Assembly: GCA_000993405.1 (NCBI GenBank)
Contig: LBWB01000007.1
Location: forward strand, 8,383 to 72,382
Reading direction: 5' to 3'
DNA length: 64,000 bases
Source: Candidatus Woesebacteria bacterium GW2011_GWB1_39_12
Lineage (GTDB): Bacteria > Patescibacteriota > Microgenomatia > UBA8517
A program made the translations under genes and the position numbers. Each line of letters opens with the position of its first letter. Within the stretch, counting starts at the first letter, position 1. The notes beneath the pieces were generated by a model. It saw nothing but the letters and a program-made list of their open reading frames with translations. It was not told the origin of the DNA and searched no databases. This document shows positions 49,914-59,992 of the stretch, piece after piece.

Positions 49914-50692
49914 AGTTTATTGTCACCTTCAGATATTTGTTTCATCGACAGGACAGAAATTATGGCCGTTGCAAATAAACCGCCTGCGATTAGGTATAGT
50001 GTGTCTACCACGTCCCCATTCCAGTAAGTATCCTGCAAAGATCTGTAGCTAAATGCAGTATCGGCAATGACCATAAAAAGTGAGGCAAAAACAAAAAGTA
50101 ATAAATTGGGGTGCAAACTTCCTTTAGTGGTTCTGATGCCAGTAATGGCAAGGGCAACTAGAAACGAATCCAACAAAGGGTATGTGATATCTAGAATCCG
50201 CTCAAGTGTCGGCAAACTTTCCAGCCCACTTTCCTGGTTCAAAAAAGAATATAAAATTGCAAACATAATTCCAGATAACACGACGAGCTCGACAACCAGT
50301 CTGAAAGTGAATTTTCCGCCGAGGCTAAATATCAAAAATACGAATCCTAACGATGACATCGGAACAAATAATAACCATAAAATATCGGCTATACTTGGAT
50401 AGGGTACCTCAACATTGAGGACCAAGTTATAGAGTGCCCAAATAAATAGAGCTAAAGTGTAAGAGGTCAAGGCGGTTGCATAAAAGACAAGGCTTTTGCC
50501 CAACCAAGATGAGAATTTGTTTTTCTTCATTCCCCACAAAGCAGCTGCAGCTCCGAAAAGATAGATAATGCCGTAAGAGACATTAAAAAGATAATTAAAT
50601 GGAGTTTGTTTATCCGGGTTTAGAAAAAGTAAAATGTTCCAGATAACGTTTATCAAGACAATAACAATTAGCAAGTTTTTCGCTCGGCTCAT
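49883..50692 (-). CDS. Stand-alone multi-TM sensor-like membrane protein
   Basis: About eight TM segments; VPYPSIAD and YPLLD motifs as in sensor N-terminal domains. Confidence 0.7.
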   Translation of the reverse strand: MSRAKNLLIVIVLINVIWNILLFLNPDKQTPFNYLFNVSYGIIYLFGAAAALWGMKKNKFSSWLGKSLVFYATALTSYTLALFIWALYNLVLNVEVPYPSIADILWLLFVPMSSLGFVFLIFSLGGKFTFRLVVELVVLSGIMFAILYSFLNQESGLESLPTLERILDITYPLLDSFLVALAITGIRTTKGSLHPNLLLFVFASLFMVIADTAFSYRSLQDTYWNGDVVDTLYLIAGGLFATAIISVLSMKQISEGDNKLHPVGTSSLV

Positions 50693-50753
50693 ATTAACTC
50701 ACTTTAATCCTTTTTGTGAAGGCCGTCAATTTTAGGTATATACTTAAAATGTT

Positions 50754-53717
50754 ATGCATGCTGCCCAAAAATTCACGTCAAGTTGGAGAGACTCTCTTGA
50801 TTTTATCGTTCTTATAATAGCTTTGTTGCTGACCTTCTTCGCTTGGAAATTTACCCAGGGTTTTGTCGAAGAACAAGGAGAGAACAAACTGGTTTCTGAA
50901 TTAGACGTGATCGAAAATTCGATTAAGTCTGACATTGCGGGTTACGACAACGCACTCGCGGGAGTGAAGGGCTTGTTTTCGGCAAGTCTTGAAGTTGAGC
51001 GTGATGAATTTGACGCCTATTTTAAGGGGATAGATGTTCCATTCCAATATCCGGGAATATACTCTTTTGTCTACGTAAGTCGTGTTTCCGATACAGATCT
51101 AGCTAATTTTACTGAAAGGCTTAAATCAGAGTTTAGTGAAAAAGAGATCCCTGGGGAATTAAACTTTCAGATTTCCGAAGACCCCGAACACTATATAGTT
51201 AACTTTATTGCTTACCAGCATGAAGCCTACCCTGTTGCATACGGCTTGGATTTGAAATTAGACACAAACAGAAGACAAACTCTTGAGAGAGCCAGAGACA
51301 TCGGAGAGTCGGTGGCTTCGGCGCCTCTAATCCTTCGAGGGCCTGAAAAACCCGGATTTATCATAACTGCCCCGATTTACAAAAATGGCGAGCCAACAGA
51401 GAGTCTTGACGAGAAAAGAGAAGCTATCGTCGGATTCGTCAACGCAACATTTATTTACGAAGATTTGTTAAAAAACGTCTTTGAAGAAAGTAGGCATGCT
51501 GATTTGGAAATTCATATAAAAGACGGTAGTGATTTAATTTATGATTCTATTCCGGCCGAAGACCATACTCCCGATGGAGGACATGTCCCGGGTTTCGAAA
51601 GCGCCGCGAAAAGGCCTATTGAAGTCGCAGGTAGAAACTGGGAAATCGAGTTTTTTGGCGATCCCATGATCCACGTCAGCGAAGTTGAAAGAAGACTTCC
51701 TATTGGAGTTTTGTTGACAGGGATAGCCTTTAGCGTTCTTCTTTTTGGTATTATCTACACCCTTTCCAGCTCTCAAGCGAGGGCCGAAGCGCTTGCCAAT
51801 CAAATGACTGCAACTTTGCGGTCCGAAAGAGACCGAGTAAACTTGATCGTTTCTTCCATGGGCGAGGGACTTTTAGTGGTTGACGATCGTCATGATATTG
51901 TAATGGTGAATCCTGTTGCCGAGAAACTTCTTGAAATTTCTCAAAAAGATGCTTTGGATAAGAGTTGGTCTGAAATTACCTCAACCTTTAAGGGCGACAA
52001 GAAAGTTCCTATCGAAGAACGCTCTTTTACCCAAGCAGTTCAAGAAGGCAAAACGATCATTACCAATTTAGAGGATGATCACTATTATCAAACGTCATCA
52101 AGTAGAAAGTTTCCAATAGTTTCTGTAACTGCGCCCCTAACCTCCGGCGGCAAACAAATTGGCGCGGTCAAAGTTTTCAGAGATGCAACCCACGAGAAAG
52201 ATTTGGAAGGGAAGCTGAAAGGAGAAAGAGATCGCGTAAAGTTAATTATTTCTTCCATGGGCGAGGGACTGATAGTCATCGATAAAGATTACAGAATTTC
52301 AGCAATGAATCCAAAGGCAGAAACTTTACTGGAGGTAAAAGAAGAAGATGTTAAAGGAAAACTCTGGTCAGATTTCACAAGGGCTTACGAGGGTGAGAAT
52401 GAAATAACCTTTGAGAATAGGGTGACTGTGAAGGTAATAAAGACTGGTAAGTCAATTGTTACAAAAATAGACGATGACCATTATTACATGACTTCATCAG
52501 GTAAGAAATTTCCTATATCCTCGATAACCGCACCACTTTTTGCTAGTGATGGAAAAACGATTAGTGGTGCAGTTAAGGTTTTTAGAGACGCAACTCATGA
52601 CAAGGAGGAAAGGGCCCTTATCGAGAAAGAAGTTCAGGATAAAACCTTTGAACTTTCTGAAGAAAAAGCAAGGCTCATTGCCTCAATAAATAGCCTTTCT
52701 GTCGGCTTTTTAGTTGTCGATAGAGAGACTCACTCATTGGTAATTAAAAACCTCGCTCTTGAAAAAATCTTAGGACTTCCACCAGAAGTAAAATTAGAAG
52801 AGATCGAAGAGAAGTTAAAAATAAAAGGCAAAGTTGATTTTCATTCATACGGTCAAGCCAGCATGAGAGATGGAAAACCTTGTGAGTGCAAAGATATCGA
52901 CTACGAAGGAAAAATATTAAGGATCTTTATATCCCCGATTAAAGTACCCGAAACCCATGAAATCATCGGCCTTGTCGCCCTTGTCGAAGATACAACCGAA
53001 ACCAAACTACTCGAGCGTGCCAGAGATGAGTTTTTCTCTATTGCTTCCCATGAACTTAGAACTCCTCTAACTGCAATTCGCGGAAATACCTCAATGATCG
53101 AGCGGTACTTTAAGGCCAAATTAAAAGATCCCGATCTGGTTGAAATGATAGATGATGTAAAAGAGTCTTCTGAAAGGCTTATAAATATCGTAAATGATTT
53201 CTTAGATATCGGGCGCTTGGAGATGAGACGGATGGAGTTTAAAAAAGAGGAAATTGATGTTGTTTCTCTCATTGATGATGCCTTAAAGCAATATCAAGTC
53301 ACAGGTTCCCGTCAAAAACTTTCATTAGCTCTCCAAAAGCCGGAGGTTAATATTCCGAAAGTTAATGCTGATAAAGATAGGGCCCGCGAAGTCCTGGTGA
53401 ACCTCATAGGAAATGGAATAAAATTTACCGAAGTAGGTGGTGTTACAATTTCACTTGTTCCGAAAGAAGGTTTTGTTCAGATTAATATCACAGATACGGG
53501 CCGTGGAATTTCAAAAGAGCTGCAAAAACTGCTATTCAGAAAATTCCAGCAAGCGGGTTCAAGCCTCTACACGCGAGATACGACCAAAGGGACGGGCCTA
53601 GGGCTTTATATAAGTAAACTCATGGTAGAAGGAATGGGTGGAAAAATCTGGCTTGAAAAATCAGAGGTTGGTCGTGGTTCGACCTTCAGTTTTACCTTAC
53701 CAGTATTCCACGCTTGA
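50754..53717 (+). CDS. Sensor histidine kinase CHASE-PAS-PAS-PAS-HisKA-HATPase
   Basis: GLDL...LERARD CHASE motif, SHELRTPL, NLIGNGIKFT, DTGRGI, GTGLGL. Confidence 0.93.
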   Translation: MHAAQKFTSSWRDSLDFIVLIIALLLTFFAWKFTQGFVEEQGENKLVSELDVIENSIKSDIAGYDNALAGVKGLFSASLEVERDEFDAYFKGIDVPFQYPGIYSFVYVSRVSDTDLANFTERLKSEFSEKEIPGELNFQISEDPEHYIVNFIAYQHEAYPVAYGLDLKLDTNRRQTLERARDIGESVASAPLILRGPEKPGFIITAPIYKNGEPTESLDEKREAIVGFVNATFIYEDLLKNVFEESRHADLEIHIKDGSDLIYDSIPAEDHTPDGGHVPGFESAAKRPIEVAGRNWEIEFFGDPMIHVSEVERRLPIGVLLTGIAFSVLLFGIIYTLSSSQARAEALANQMTATLRSERDRVNLIVSSMGEGLLVVDDRHDIVMVNPVAEKLLEISQKDALDKSWSEITSTFKGDKKVPIEERSFTQAVQEGKTIITNLEDDHYYQTSSSRKFPIVSVTAPLTSGGKQIGAVKVFRDATHEKDLEGKLKGERDRVKLIISSMGEGLIVIDKDYRISAMNPKAETLLEVKEEDVKGKLWSDFTRAYEGENEITFENRVTVKVIKTGKSIVTKIDDDHYYMTSSGKKFPISSITAPLFASDGKTISGAVKVFRDATHDKEERALIEKEVQDKTFELSEEKARLIASINSLSVGFLVVDRETHSLVIKNLALEKILGLPPEVKLEEIEEKLKIKGKVDFHSYGQASMRDGKPCECKDIDYEGKILRIFISPIKVPETHEIIGLVALVEDTTETKLLERARDEFFSIASHELRTPLTAIRGNTSMIERYFKAKLKDPDLVEMIDDVKESSERLINIVNDFLDIGRLEMRRMEFKKEEIDVVSLIDDALKQYQVTGSRQKLSLALQKPEVNIPKVNADKDRAREVLVNLIGNGIKFTEVGGVTISLVPKEGFVQINITDTGRGISKELQKLLFRKFQQAGSSLYTRDTTKGTGLGLYISKLMVEGMGGKIWLEKSEVGRGSTFSFTLPVFHA

Positions 53718-53729
53718 AACTACAACCCC

Positions 53730-55592
53730 TTAATTAACTCTTTTGTCTTTCCCCAGCCAAGTCAGACTTGGCCAGCCGGGGATATCCGAATCGCTTTCAA
53801 TCCAGCCTTTGAGAAGATTCTGGTTTCGAAATTCGCCTTTCTTCCACCTTTGACCGGTAACATTGCCTGTGTGGCGGATATCTATGTTGGGATATTTGGA
53901 TTTCCAGGTTCCCAGCTTAAACACGTTTTTCCATTTGATCCGATTATGGGTCATCGGCTCAAAACCCATTTTGCGGCTGAAACCTTCTTTTTGAATCAGT
54001 TCGTAGCGTTCTCGGAAATGGGTTAAAAGTTCCTCGCGATATCCGCAAAGGCCGGAAAGCTGATTAACGTCATAATGAAGCGCATGACCGTCGGTAGTTC
54101 TTAAGAACCAGACATTCTGATTATAGTAAAAAGTATTTTTATCCTGCGGAGTAAAGTCAAAATGGGTAGGGTGATAGAGAACATCGTGTTCACAAAAGAA
54201 GATGATATCAGCGGTACTATGTTCTAAAGCAGCCACAATTTGTTTAAACATTGCAGGATAGCCTTTTTTTAAAGAAGGAAAGTGGATGTTTTTAACGCCA
54301 AAATCCATTTTCTTGAGAGTTGCACTGACAATCGGGACACTTTTTTCCTGACTGATCTTGAGAAGCTGATCCCGAACAGGCTTAGCAATTTTTTCATCAA
54401 GTGTACAATCGCTGTAATAGATCATTCCCTTGTTTGGTAAATCACTCTCTACTTCGCTGACTACTGGTTCGGGAGCTTCGGGTAGGGCGGCATAATCCCC
54501 AGCAAAATATATGATACCTTCAATTGGACCATTCTTATTAGGTTCACTTTCAGCAGGATTAATAATTATTTCTTTCGATGAAAATCTGAAAGTATTTGCC
54601 TTTAGTTTTTTTAGGTCTTCCTCAGTCCAGCCCTTGACCGGCCAGAATTTTTCGACTAACCACGAAAGGGGACGCACCTGTTGAGGCCAGTTGTTATTAA
54701 AGAAAAGATTGCGGGCATAAGATTTGGCTTTTTCCTGATCCCTTCCTGAAATTGGGTAGGGGAAGCCAAAATCACCGCCTTGAGTGCGAAACATATGGGC
54801 ATACCAAGTTTTTTTGTTTACCATAACACTTCCTCCGGAGAGCCATGTTTTTACAGCAACTTCAATTCCCTGTGAACCCCAACTACCAAAATTCTCGTCA
54901 CAAACACCAAGTTCCCAATATTTGTTTCGTGTCAGCATCCAGCATGAACCCTGAAGAGACATGGTTTCGGTTATTTCACCTTGCCCTTCAGGACGCTTGG
55001 TCCAATCACCGAAATACTGGAAGTGGGGTTCAGAGTCGAAACAATAAGAAACGCTGTTAGGACTTTTCTTAGGTTGCCAGAGAATGTCCCTGACCGTTTC
55101 TTTTCCGCAATCCCGACATGGGCCGCTTGGTCCCTGGTACCTGTGGTGACCGTCAGGACAAATCCAGTCAAAAGCGTGAAGATTTTTCATCAAGGGAGCC
55201 ATCGTCCAATCGTCGTGCATCTCCTTCATCATTTTTATGTCAAACCCCTTATCAAATGCACAATGTGCATCACACTTCATCAAATATTTTGCCTTTGACA
55301 GTTTAGCCGCCTGATTGGTTGCTGCCCGCTGTCCTATTGACTCGGGGTTATAAATTACTGTTACTCGCTCATGCTGGGGGATGGGAGGATCTGTCCAGTA
55401 GCCGTCCATAACTGCAATAATTTCGGTATTGCCTTCGATATTATTTAGGATATCTTCTATTGTTCTTGCCAGGAACATTTCGTTTCTGGCTGGTATGAGA
55501 ATACTTAAATCGTAATTTGCCCCGTTAGAAATCCGACCCACCTTTGGTGTTTCGGCATTAATTTCAACTGTATTTCTAACGGGGTTTGCCAT
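53730..55592 (-). CDS. Two-domain glycosyltransferase (GT2-like plus second GT-A-like domain)
   Basis: LSILIPARNE, KCDAH; second domain FFCEHDVLY. Confidence 0.85.
   Translation of the reverse strand: MANPVRNTVEINAETPKVGRISNGANYDLSILIPARNEMFLARTIEDILNNIEGNTEIIAVMDGYWTDPPIPQHERVTVIYNPESIGQRAATNQAAKLSKAKYLMKCDAHCAFDKGFDIKMMKEMHDDWTMAPLMKNLHAFDWICPDGHHRYQGPSGPCRDCGKETVRDILWQPKKSPNSVSYCFDSEPHFQYFGDWTKRPEGQGEITETMSLQGSCWMLTRNKYWELGVCDENFGSWGSQGIEVAVKTWLSGGSVMVNKKTWYAHMFRTQGGDFGFPYPISGRDQEKAKSYARNLFFNNNWPQQVRPLSWLVEKFWPVKGWTEEDLKKLKANTFRFSSKEIIINPAESEPNKNGPIEGIIYFAGDYAALPEAPEPVVSEVESDLPNKGMIYYSDCTLDEKIAKPVRDQLLKISQEKSVPIVSATLKKMDFGVKNIHFPSLKKGYPAMFKQIVAALEHSTADIIFFCEHDVLYHPTHFDFTPQDKNTFYYNQNVWFLRTTDGHALHYDVNQLSGLCGYREELLTHFRERYELIQKEGFSRKMGFEPMTHNRIKWKNVFKLGTWKSKYPNIDIRHTGNVTGQRWKKGEFRNQNLLKGWIESDSDIPGWPSLTWLGKDKRVN
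55521..55584. mobile_element. 64-bp non-autonomous inverted-repeat element, in frame after the start codon
   Basis: CCCGTTAGAAAT...ATTTCTAACGGGG flanked by TTTGC at 55516-55520 and 55585-55589. Confidence 0.78.
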
Positions 55593-55674
55593 AAAGATAA
55601 ATTATAGGATTTTCATAAAATTCTAACTTGTAAGGTAATACCTTGCAAGTATATTAGACCTGATAACATAAATA

Positions 55675-56550
55675 CTATAAGCTGTTCTTTTCGCCGACCC
55701 AGGTAGGAACCGGCCAAAATCTCTTGACTAGCCAGGAAAGGGGAAGCGTTTGTTTATGCCAACCCTTATTTTTCCACTTATCAACCGCTGCCAGTGCCTT
55801 TGGTTGGTCATCCCTACTCAAACTATATCCTCGTCCATAGTCGCTACTTTTGTGCCAGTGAGCATACCAAGTATTCTTATTGACCACAACACGCCCTCCC
55901 GATAGCCAGCACTTTAAGCCAATTTCCTGAAATTCATTCCAAAAAGTTCCATAAGTTTTTTCGTCCATAAGCTCAAGCTCATTGAAGTAGTCGTGAGTCA
56001 TAAACCAGACACTTCCTTGATTACTCATGGTTTCATCAATTAATTTCTTCTTAAGTTCAGGATCTTTGTTCTTTTCATTCCAGACGACTCCGTGCAGGTC
56101 CTGAGATAAATACATATAGTCAATGGGATACTTTGGATTGTCAACCAACTCCCATTTTTCAGGGTCCAGTGCATATCTTCTGGGGACGACAACCCAGTTA
56201 TCCGAACAGTCTGCGGCTAATACTGTATCAAATCCATTAGCAAACATACAATGTGCATCAGTTTTCATTAAAAATTTGCCTTTTGCGATGACAGCTCCTG
56301 CATTGATTGCTGCTCGCATTCCAAGGGGTTTTCCGCGGTGAATAATTTTTAGGCGGGTATCTTCAATTAATTGGGGAGTAGGCCAGTAACCGTCGAGGAT
56401 AACGATGACTTCAATATCTCCTTCGGCTTTTGTCAATAAGTCAGTAACGGTTTTTTGAAGAAACAACTCATTTCGGGCGGGGACGATTACACTTAAATCA
56501 CAAGTTGCCATAACACACCCATATTTAGCGTAAATTGAAGTAAAAAGCAA
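55675..56550 (-). CDS. GT2-family glycosyltransferase, paralog of the neighbour
   Basis: LSVIVPARNE, KTDAHC, WLSGG, WPVP; true start probably at MATCDL. Confidence 0.88.
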   Translation of the reverse strand: MLFTSIYAKYGCVMATCDLSVIVPARNELFLQKTVTDLLTKAEGDIEVIVILDGYWPTPQLIEDTRLKIIHRGKPLGMRAAINAGAVIAKGKFLMKTDAHCMFANGFDTVLAADCSDNWVVVPRRYALDPEKWELVDNPKYPIDYMYLSQDLHGVVWNEKNKDPELKKKLIDETMSNQGSVWFMTHDYFNELELMDEKTYGTFWNEFQEIGLKCWLSGGRVVVNKNTWYAHWHKSSDYGRGYSLSRDDQPKALAAVDKWKNKGWHKQTLPLSWLVKRFWPVPTWVGEKNSL

Positions 56551-56564
56551 CCTATAGAAAAAGT

Positions 56565-56867
56565 CTATTTTGCAGAAATTTTTGCTTGGAGTTCTCTCTC
56601 AACCCTTTCCGCTAAAAATATTTTCATTAGAGATTGATATGGAACATCGCGGGAATTGGCAATTTCTTTTATTCTCATAAGTAGATATGCAGGAAGTCTT
56701 AAAGATATTGTTTCGGTTGTTGGTTTGAGTTTGGATAGATCCAATTCCACTGGTACAAATTGATCTAAATAGTCAGTTAGGTCGTGATTTGCCCAAAATT
56801 CACGCTCTTCGTCTTCAGTTCTGAACTTTGGGATTTGTTTTGAGATTTTAGCTTTATTCTTTGGCAT
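56565..56867 (-). CDS. BrnA/CopG-type antitoxin
   Basis: IPKFRTEDEEREFW...ISLRLP...PYQSLMK. Confidence 0.88.
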   Translation of the reverse strand: MPKNKAKISKQIPKFRTEDEEREFWANHDLTDYLDQFVPVELDLSKLKPTTETISLRLPAYLLMRIKEIANSRDVPYQSLMKIFLAERVERELQAKISAK

Positions 56868-57144
56868 AATATTTCCTTTCTTTTTTACTTTGATTTCTAG
56901 CTGAGATTATTCTAATATTGCTATTTCTTATAGTAAAGACTATATGTAATTTTCTCTTCTGACTTGTCATACCTAGGGCAATATATCTTTCTTCTGACTG
57001 CGAATGTTTTTTATCCCTAAGCAGGCTTAAGGGTTTATTTAGGAAAGCCTCTTCAGCTTCTTTGTAATGAACTTTATGCTTTTGCCAATTTTTGTCGATA
57101 TTACCTTTGTTCCAATCAAATGATAATGGAACAGGTAATTTCAT
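56854..57144 (-). CDS. BrnT-family ribonuclease toxin
   Basis: FDWNKGN...KH...EERY...IRIISAR. Confidence 0.9.
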   Translation of the reverse strand: MKLPVPLSFDWNKGNIDKNWQKHKVHYKEAEEAFLNKPLSLLRDKKHSQSEERYIALGMTSQKRKLHIVFTIRNSNIRIISARNQSKKERKYYAKE

Positions 57145-57364
57145 ATATTCTTAAGTATATGATGGTAATATACATTTGTCAAGAGATCAAATGAATTATT
57201 TTCTTCAGTATTTAGCGTAAATTGAATTAAAAAACAACAAAGAAGTTGCACACGAGGCAATTCTATTTTTTGACAAAATACCAGCAGGGTTGTCTATCGT
57301 CTCTTGAGACAGCGTCCCAATCTTGCTCAGTTGTGTATAAGCGGTAGTCTTTTTTCTTTTAATA

Positions 57365-58021
57365 TCAGCTTTTTACCCACATCCAGGATCTTGTTGCGTC
57401 TCTTACCATACCATTTCCTTTTGCTTTTAATCCCAAGATAAACCAAGGTCTAATATTTTTTTCTTTGATAAATCTTTGTGTTGCATCTATAACGTTACAA
57501 ACAAAATCCTTTCTTCCTCTTCTTGCAGGTTGTATATAATCGTGCCCCGATAAGATGCCTCCGACTCTAAGCTTTTTATACCACTCAGTTATATCTTGGG
57601 TGATATATGGTTCGCTGTGGTTGGCGTCTATATAGACAAAATCCAAAGATTCGTTGGGAAAATCTCGGACGGCATCCATGCTGAGTTTTCGGATTTCTTT
57701 ATAGTTTGGGTAGGGGGCAATAACCTCCTTGAATTTTCTATATAGTTTTTTTAACGTTGCCGCGTCCACGTATTCGATACCGCCCTCGTAAGGAATCCAC
57801 GGATCTATGCCGTAAAATTGCATCTGAGGATTAGTTTTTGCCAGTATGACCCCATACTCTCCGGCTCCGACACCTATCTCCACGCCTGTTTTGAAATTAA
57901 GCTCATTTAACCACTCGGGTATGTTATTTCTGCCAACGTTCGGTATTTCAATTGGCATTAATGACCCTTCGTCATAAATGATTTTAATTTTTTTTAATAT
58001 GTATTCAAGAGTATTAGTCAT
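57365..58021 (-). CDS. Class I SAM-dependent methyltransferase (Methyltransf_24-like)
   Basis: GVEIGV, IDPW, LDFVYIDANH, GHDY. Confidence 0.88.
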   Translation of the reverse strand: MTNTLEYILKKIKIIYDEGSLMPIEIPNVGRNNIPEWLNELNFKTGVEIGVGAGEYGVILAKTNPQMQFYGIDPWIPYEGGIEYVDAATLKKLYRKFKEVIAPYPNYKEIRKLSMDAVRDFPNESLDFVYIDANHSEPYITQDITEWYKKLRVGGILSGHDYIQPARRGRKDFVCNVIDATQRFIKEKNIRPWFILGLKAKGNGMVRDATRSWMWVKS

Positions 58022-58544
58022 TTTTTTTAAGCCATAATAAATCCTTCTTATTGCTTAAAACAGTTGTATTGGGCACAGCTTTTGTATAATCATACCTATA
58101 TTTAAATAGAGGGAATATTTCATCAATATGATAATAATCATATTCTTCACTATCATGGATAATGACGTAGTTAGTATTATTCGCAATTTTTTTAATGACA
58201 GACGCTCTCATTTTCCGCTCGTTATCGACAAAGACCACATCCCACTTTCGATTAAAATCGAAGTCATCCCAGTTTTTGATTAAATGAATTTCGTGTTTTT
58301 CAGATGCAAAGCGGCGATTGAGTTGAATGAATTCCTCATTACTATCGAGTGAAATTAGTTTTCGTCCTTGGTCAAAGCATAACCAGTGCATAATAGGAGT
58401 ACTGAATGGACCCATACCTACTTCAAGAACCGTACCTTTGGTAACCGATAAGACTTTCACTAATACTGGAAAATGTGAACAGTATCTCGGATTAAATTTC
58501 ATAATCCAAACATCGCTTTTCTCATTTCTACTGCTGTCCCCCAA
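58014..58544 (-). CDS. Methyltransferase-like protein
   Basis: VLEVGMGPFST, WDVVFVD, IIHDSE. Confidence 0.7.
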   Translation of the reverse strand: MGDSSRNEKSDVWIMKFNPRYCSHFPVLVKVLSVTKGTVLEVGMGPFSTPIMHWLCFDQGRKLISLDSNEEFIQLNRRFASEKHEIHLIKNWDDFDFNRKWDVVFVDNERKMRASVIKKIANNTNYVIIHDSEEYDYYHIDEIFPLFKYRYDYTKAVPNTTVLSNKKDLLWLKKND

Positions 58545-59152
58545 TAGGGCAAGGAAGGAACGGAATGAGTCGAGATTGCGGAGTATTTATGCAAGGATTG
58601 ACCAGTTTTAAAAGTTACACAGGCGTTATTTCCAGTAAACATCTCAAAACTAATATTTTTGTATGGATCAAGCTTGCGGAAGTGCGGAGAGTCTTCTTCG
58701 AACCACTCCGGGCAGGCTTTAAGGGCATTTTCCAATACGGAAATTAAATACTTGCGACCGGCTATCTGGGCTCCCTCTGAATATTGTTTTGGGAAAAATC
58801 CCCAATGGTACTTATACATAAGTCTTATATTGCCATATCGGTAAATTTTTTCTTCCTCTTTTGGTAGAAATGAAAAGTATTCAGGTGGATATAAAAAATC
58901 AGCTTCGGCATTAGCAACAAATGTTGTTTTTGCGGCTTTTGCTCCGATTAAAAGTTGTCTGTAAAGTGTAAGGTTACTTGGATAATGAACCCCAACACAA
59001 ATATTTCTCCCCAATTTAATAGGTTTATGGGAGACGCTTATAATAGGTATGTTTTTCGCAGTTTCGAGAAGTCTTTGCCGAACTTTATTTTCAAAAGACT
59101 TTTCTTCCCGGTTACACGTATAGTAGATAATTGTAAGATCTTCTCTTTGCAT
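58499..59152 (-). CDS. GT-A-like hypothetical protein
   Basis: LTIIYYT, IISVSHKPI, AEADFLY, similar to the second domain of 53730-55592; start moved to MQREDL. Confidence 0.7.
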   Translation of the reverse strand: MQREDLTIIYYTCNREEKSFENKVRQRLLETAKNIPIISVSHKPIKLGRNICVGVHYPSNLTLYRQLLIGAKAAKTTFVANAEADFLYPPEYFSFLPKEEEKIYRYGNIRLMYKYHWGFFPKQYSEGAQIAGRKYLISVLENALKACPEWFEEDSPHFRKLDPYKNISFEMFTGNNACVTFKTGQSLHKYSAISTHSVPSLPYWGTAVEMRKAMFGL

Positions 59153-59272
59153 TTTATTAATGCTGTAAATGCCCAAAGAGGAAACCAAATTACTGATGCG
59201 CAAGCTGATATCTTAATTCAGGAAGCACAGGAAATAATTAACCACATTTCATTATAGTTCCTCTTTTAGCCT

Positions 59273-59992
59273 TTAGCTTTGATTTCTAACGGGAGACTCA
59301 TCCCAGTACTTCTTTCTTAAGCTTATGGCACTTCCGTAAGGTTCTAAATAATCAGTTTGGTTATCCGGATCAAGGGGGCCAAATCTTTTTCTTTTGCCGT
59401 TAAGTGAGCCTCTGTATTCGAAAGAGATTAGGGGAAATTTTGTAGAAAACTTTTCTACTTTTGCGTTTGGAATACCAAATTCAATATCGAATTTTCCTGG
59501 TTCACCCCAGTGATGGTCATCACGGGGTTTGGTCGGATACATTTTGAACCGAGCGGAGAGGTTTTCTATGAGGGCTTTGGTTGGGGAAATATGACAAAAC
59601 ATTCCAGAAAGCTCTTCTTTCGGGTGCCAGAAAAGTTTATCTCCACCGATCCAGGCATTTGTATTCCAAGTAAATGTGTCTAGCCCGCTTGGGCGATGTT
59701 CAAAATGCTCAGCTACATATAATGTATCATCGTCGATATGGGTAATGTAGTCAGTTTTTACCTTGAGTGCTCCAAGAAGAATTTGTTTGAAAAAGTTGTA
59801 GCAAGATTTGCCGATTTCGCCAACGCAGATATTAGTCCCAAAATCTATAGGTTTTTGGGAGACGCTAATAGTAGGGAATTTAGCTTGCGTAACTTCAAGC
59901 AGGTTCTGTCTGATTTTCTTGGCAGTAATATCTGGAATTACGTTCGCTGTGCAATAAAGTAAAGTTAAATCTACCATAGCGCTAATTTCCAA
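59273..59992 (-). CDS. GT-A-like hypothetical protein
   Basis: LTLLYCT, ISVSQKPIDFG, IDDDTLY, WGEPG. Confidence 0.7.
   Translation of the reverse strand: MEISAMVDLTLLYCTANVIPDITAKKIRQNLLEVTQAKFPTISVSQKPIDFGTNICVGEIGKSCYNFFKQILLGALKVKTDYITHIDDDTLYVAEHFEHRPSGLDTFTWNTNAWIGGDKLFWHPKEELSGMFCHISPTKALIENLSARFKMYPTKPRDDHHWGEPGKFDIEFGIPNAKVEKFSTKFPLISFEYRGSLNGKRKRFGPLDPDNQTDYLEPYGSAISLRKKYWDESPVRNQS

Noticed and set aside
58955-59257. 100-aa plus-strand ORF as a real gene
   Set aside because: Its first two thirds are antisense to a GT-like gene; only the last ~35 codons look protein-like and are reported as a remnant
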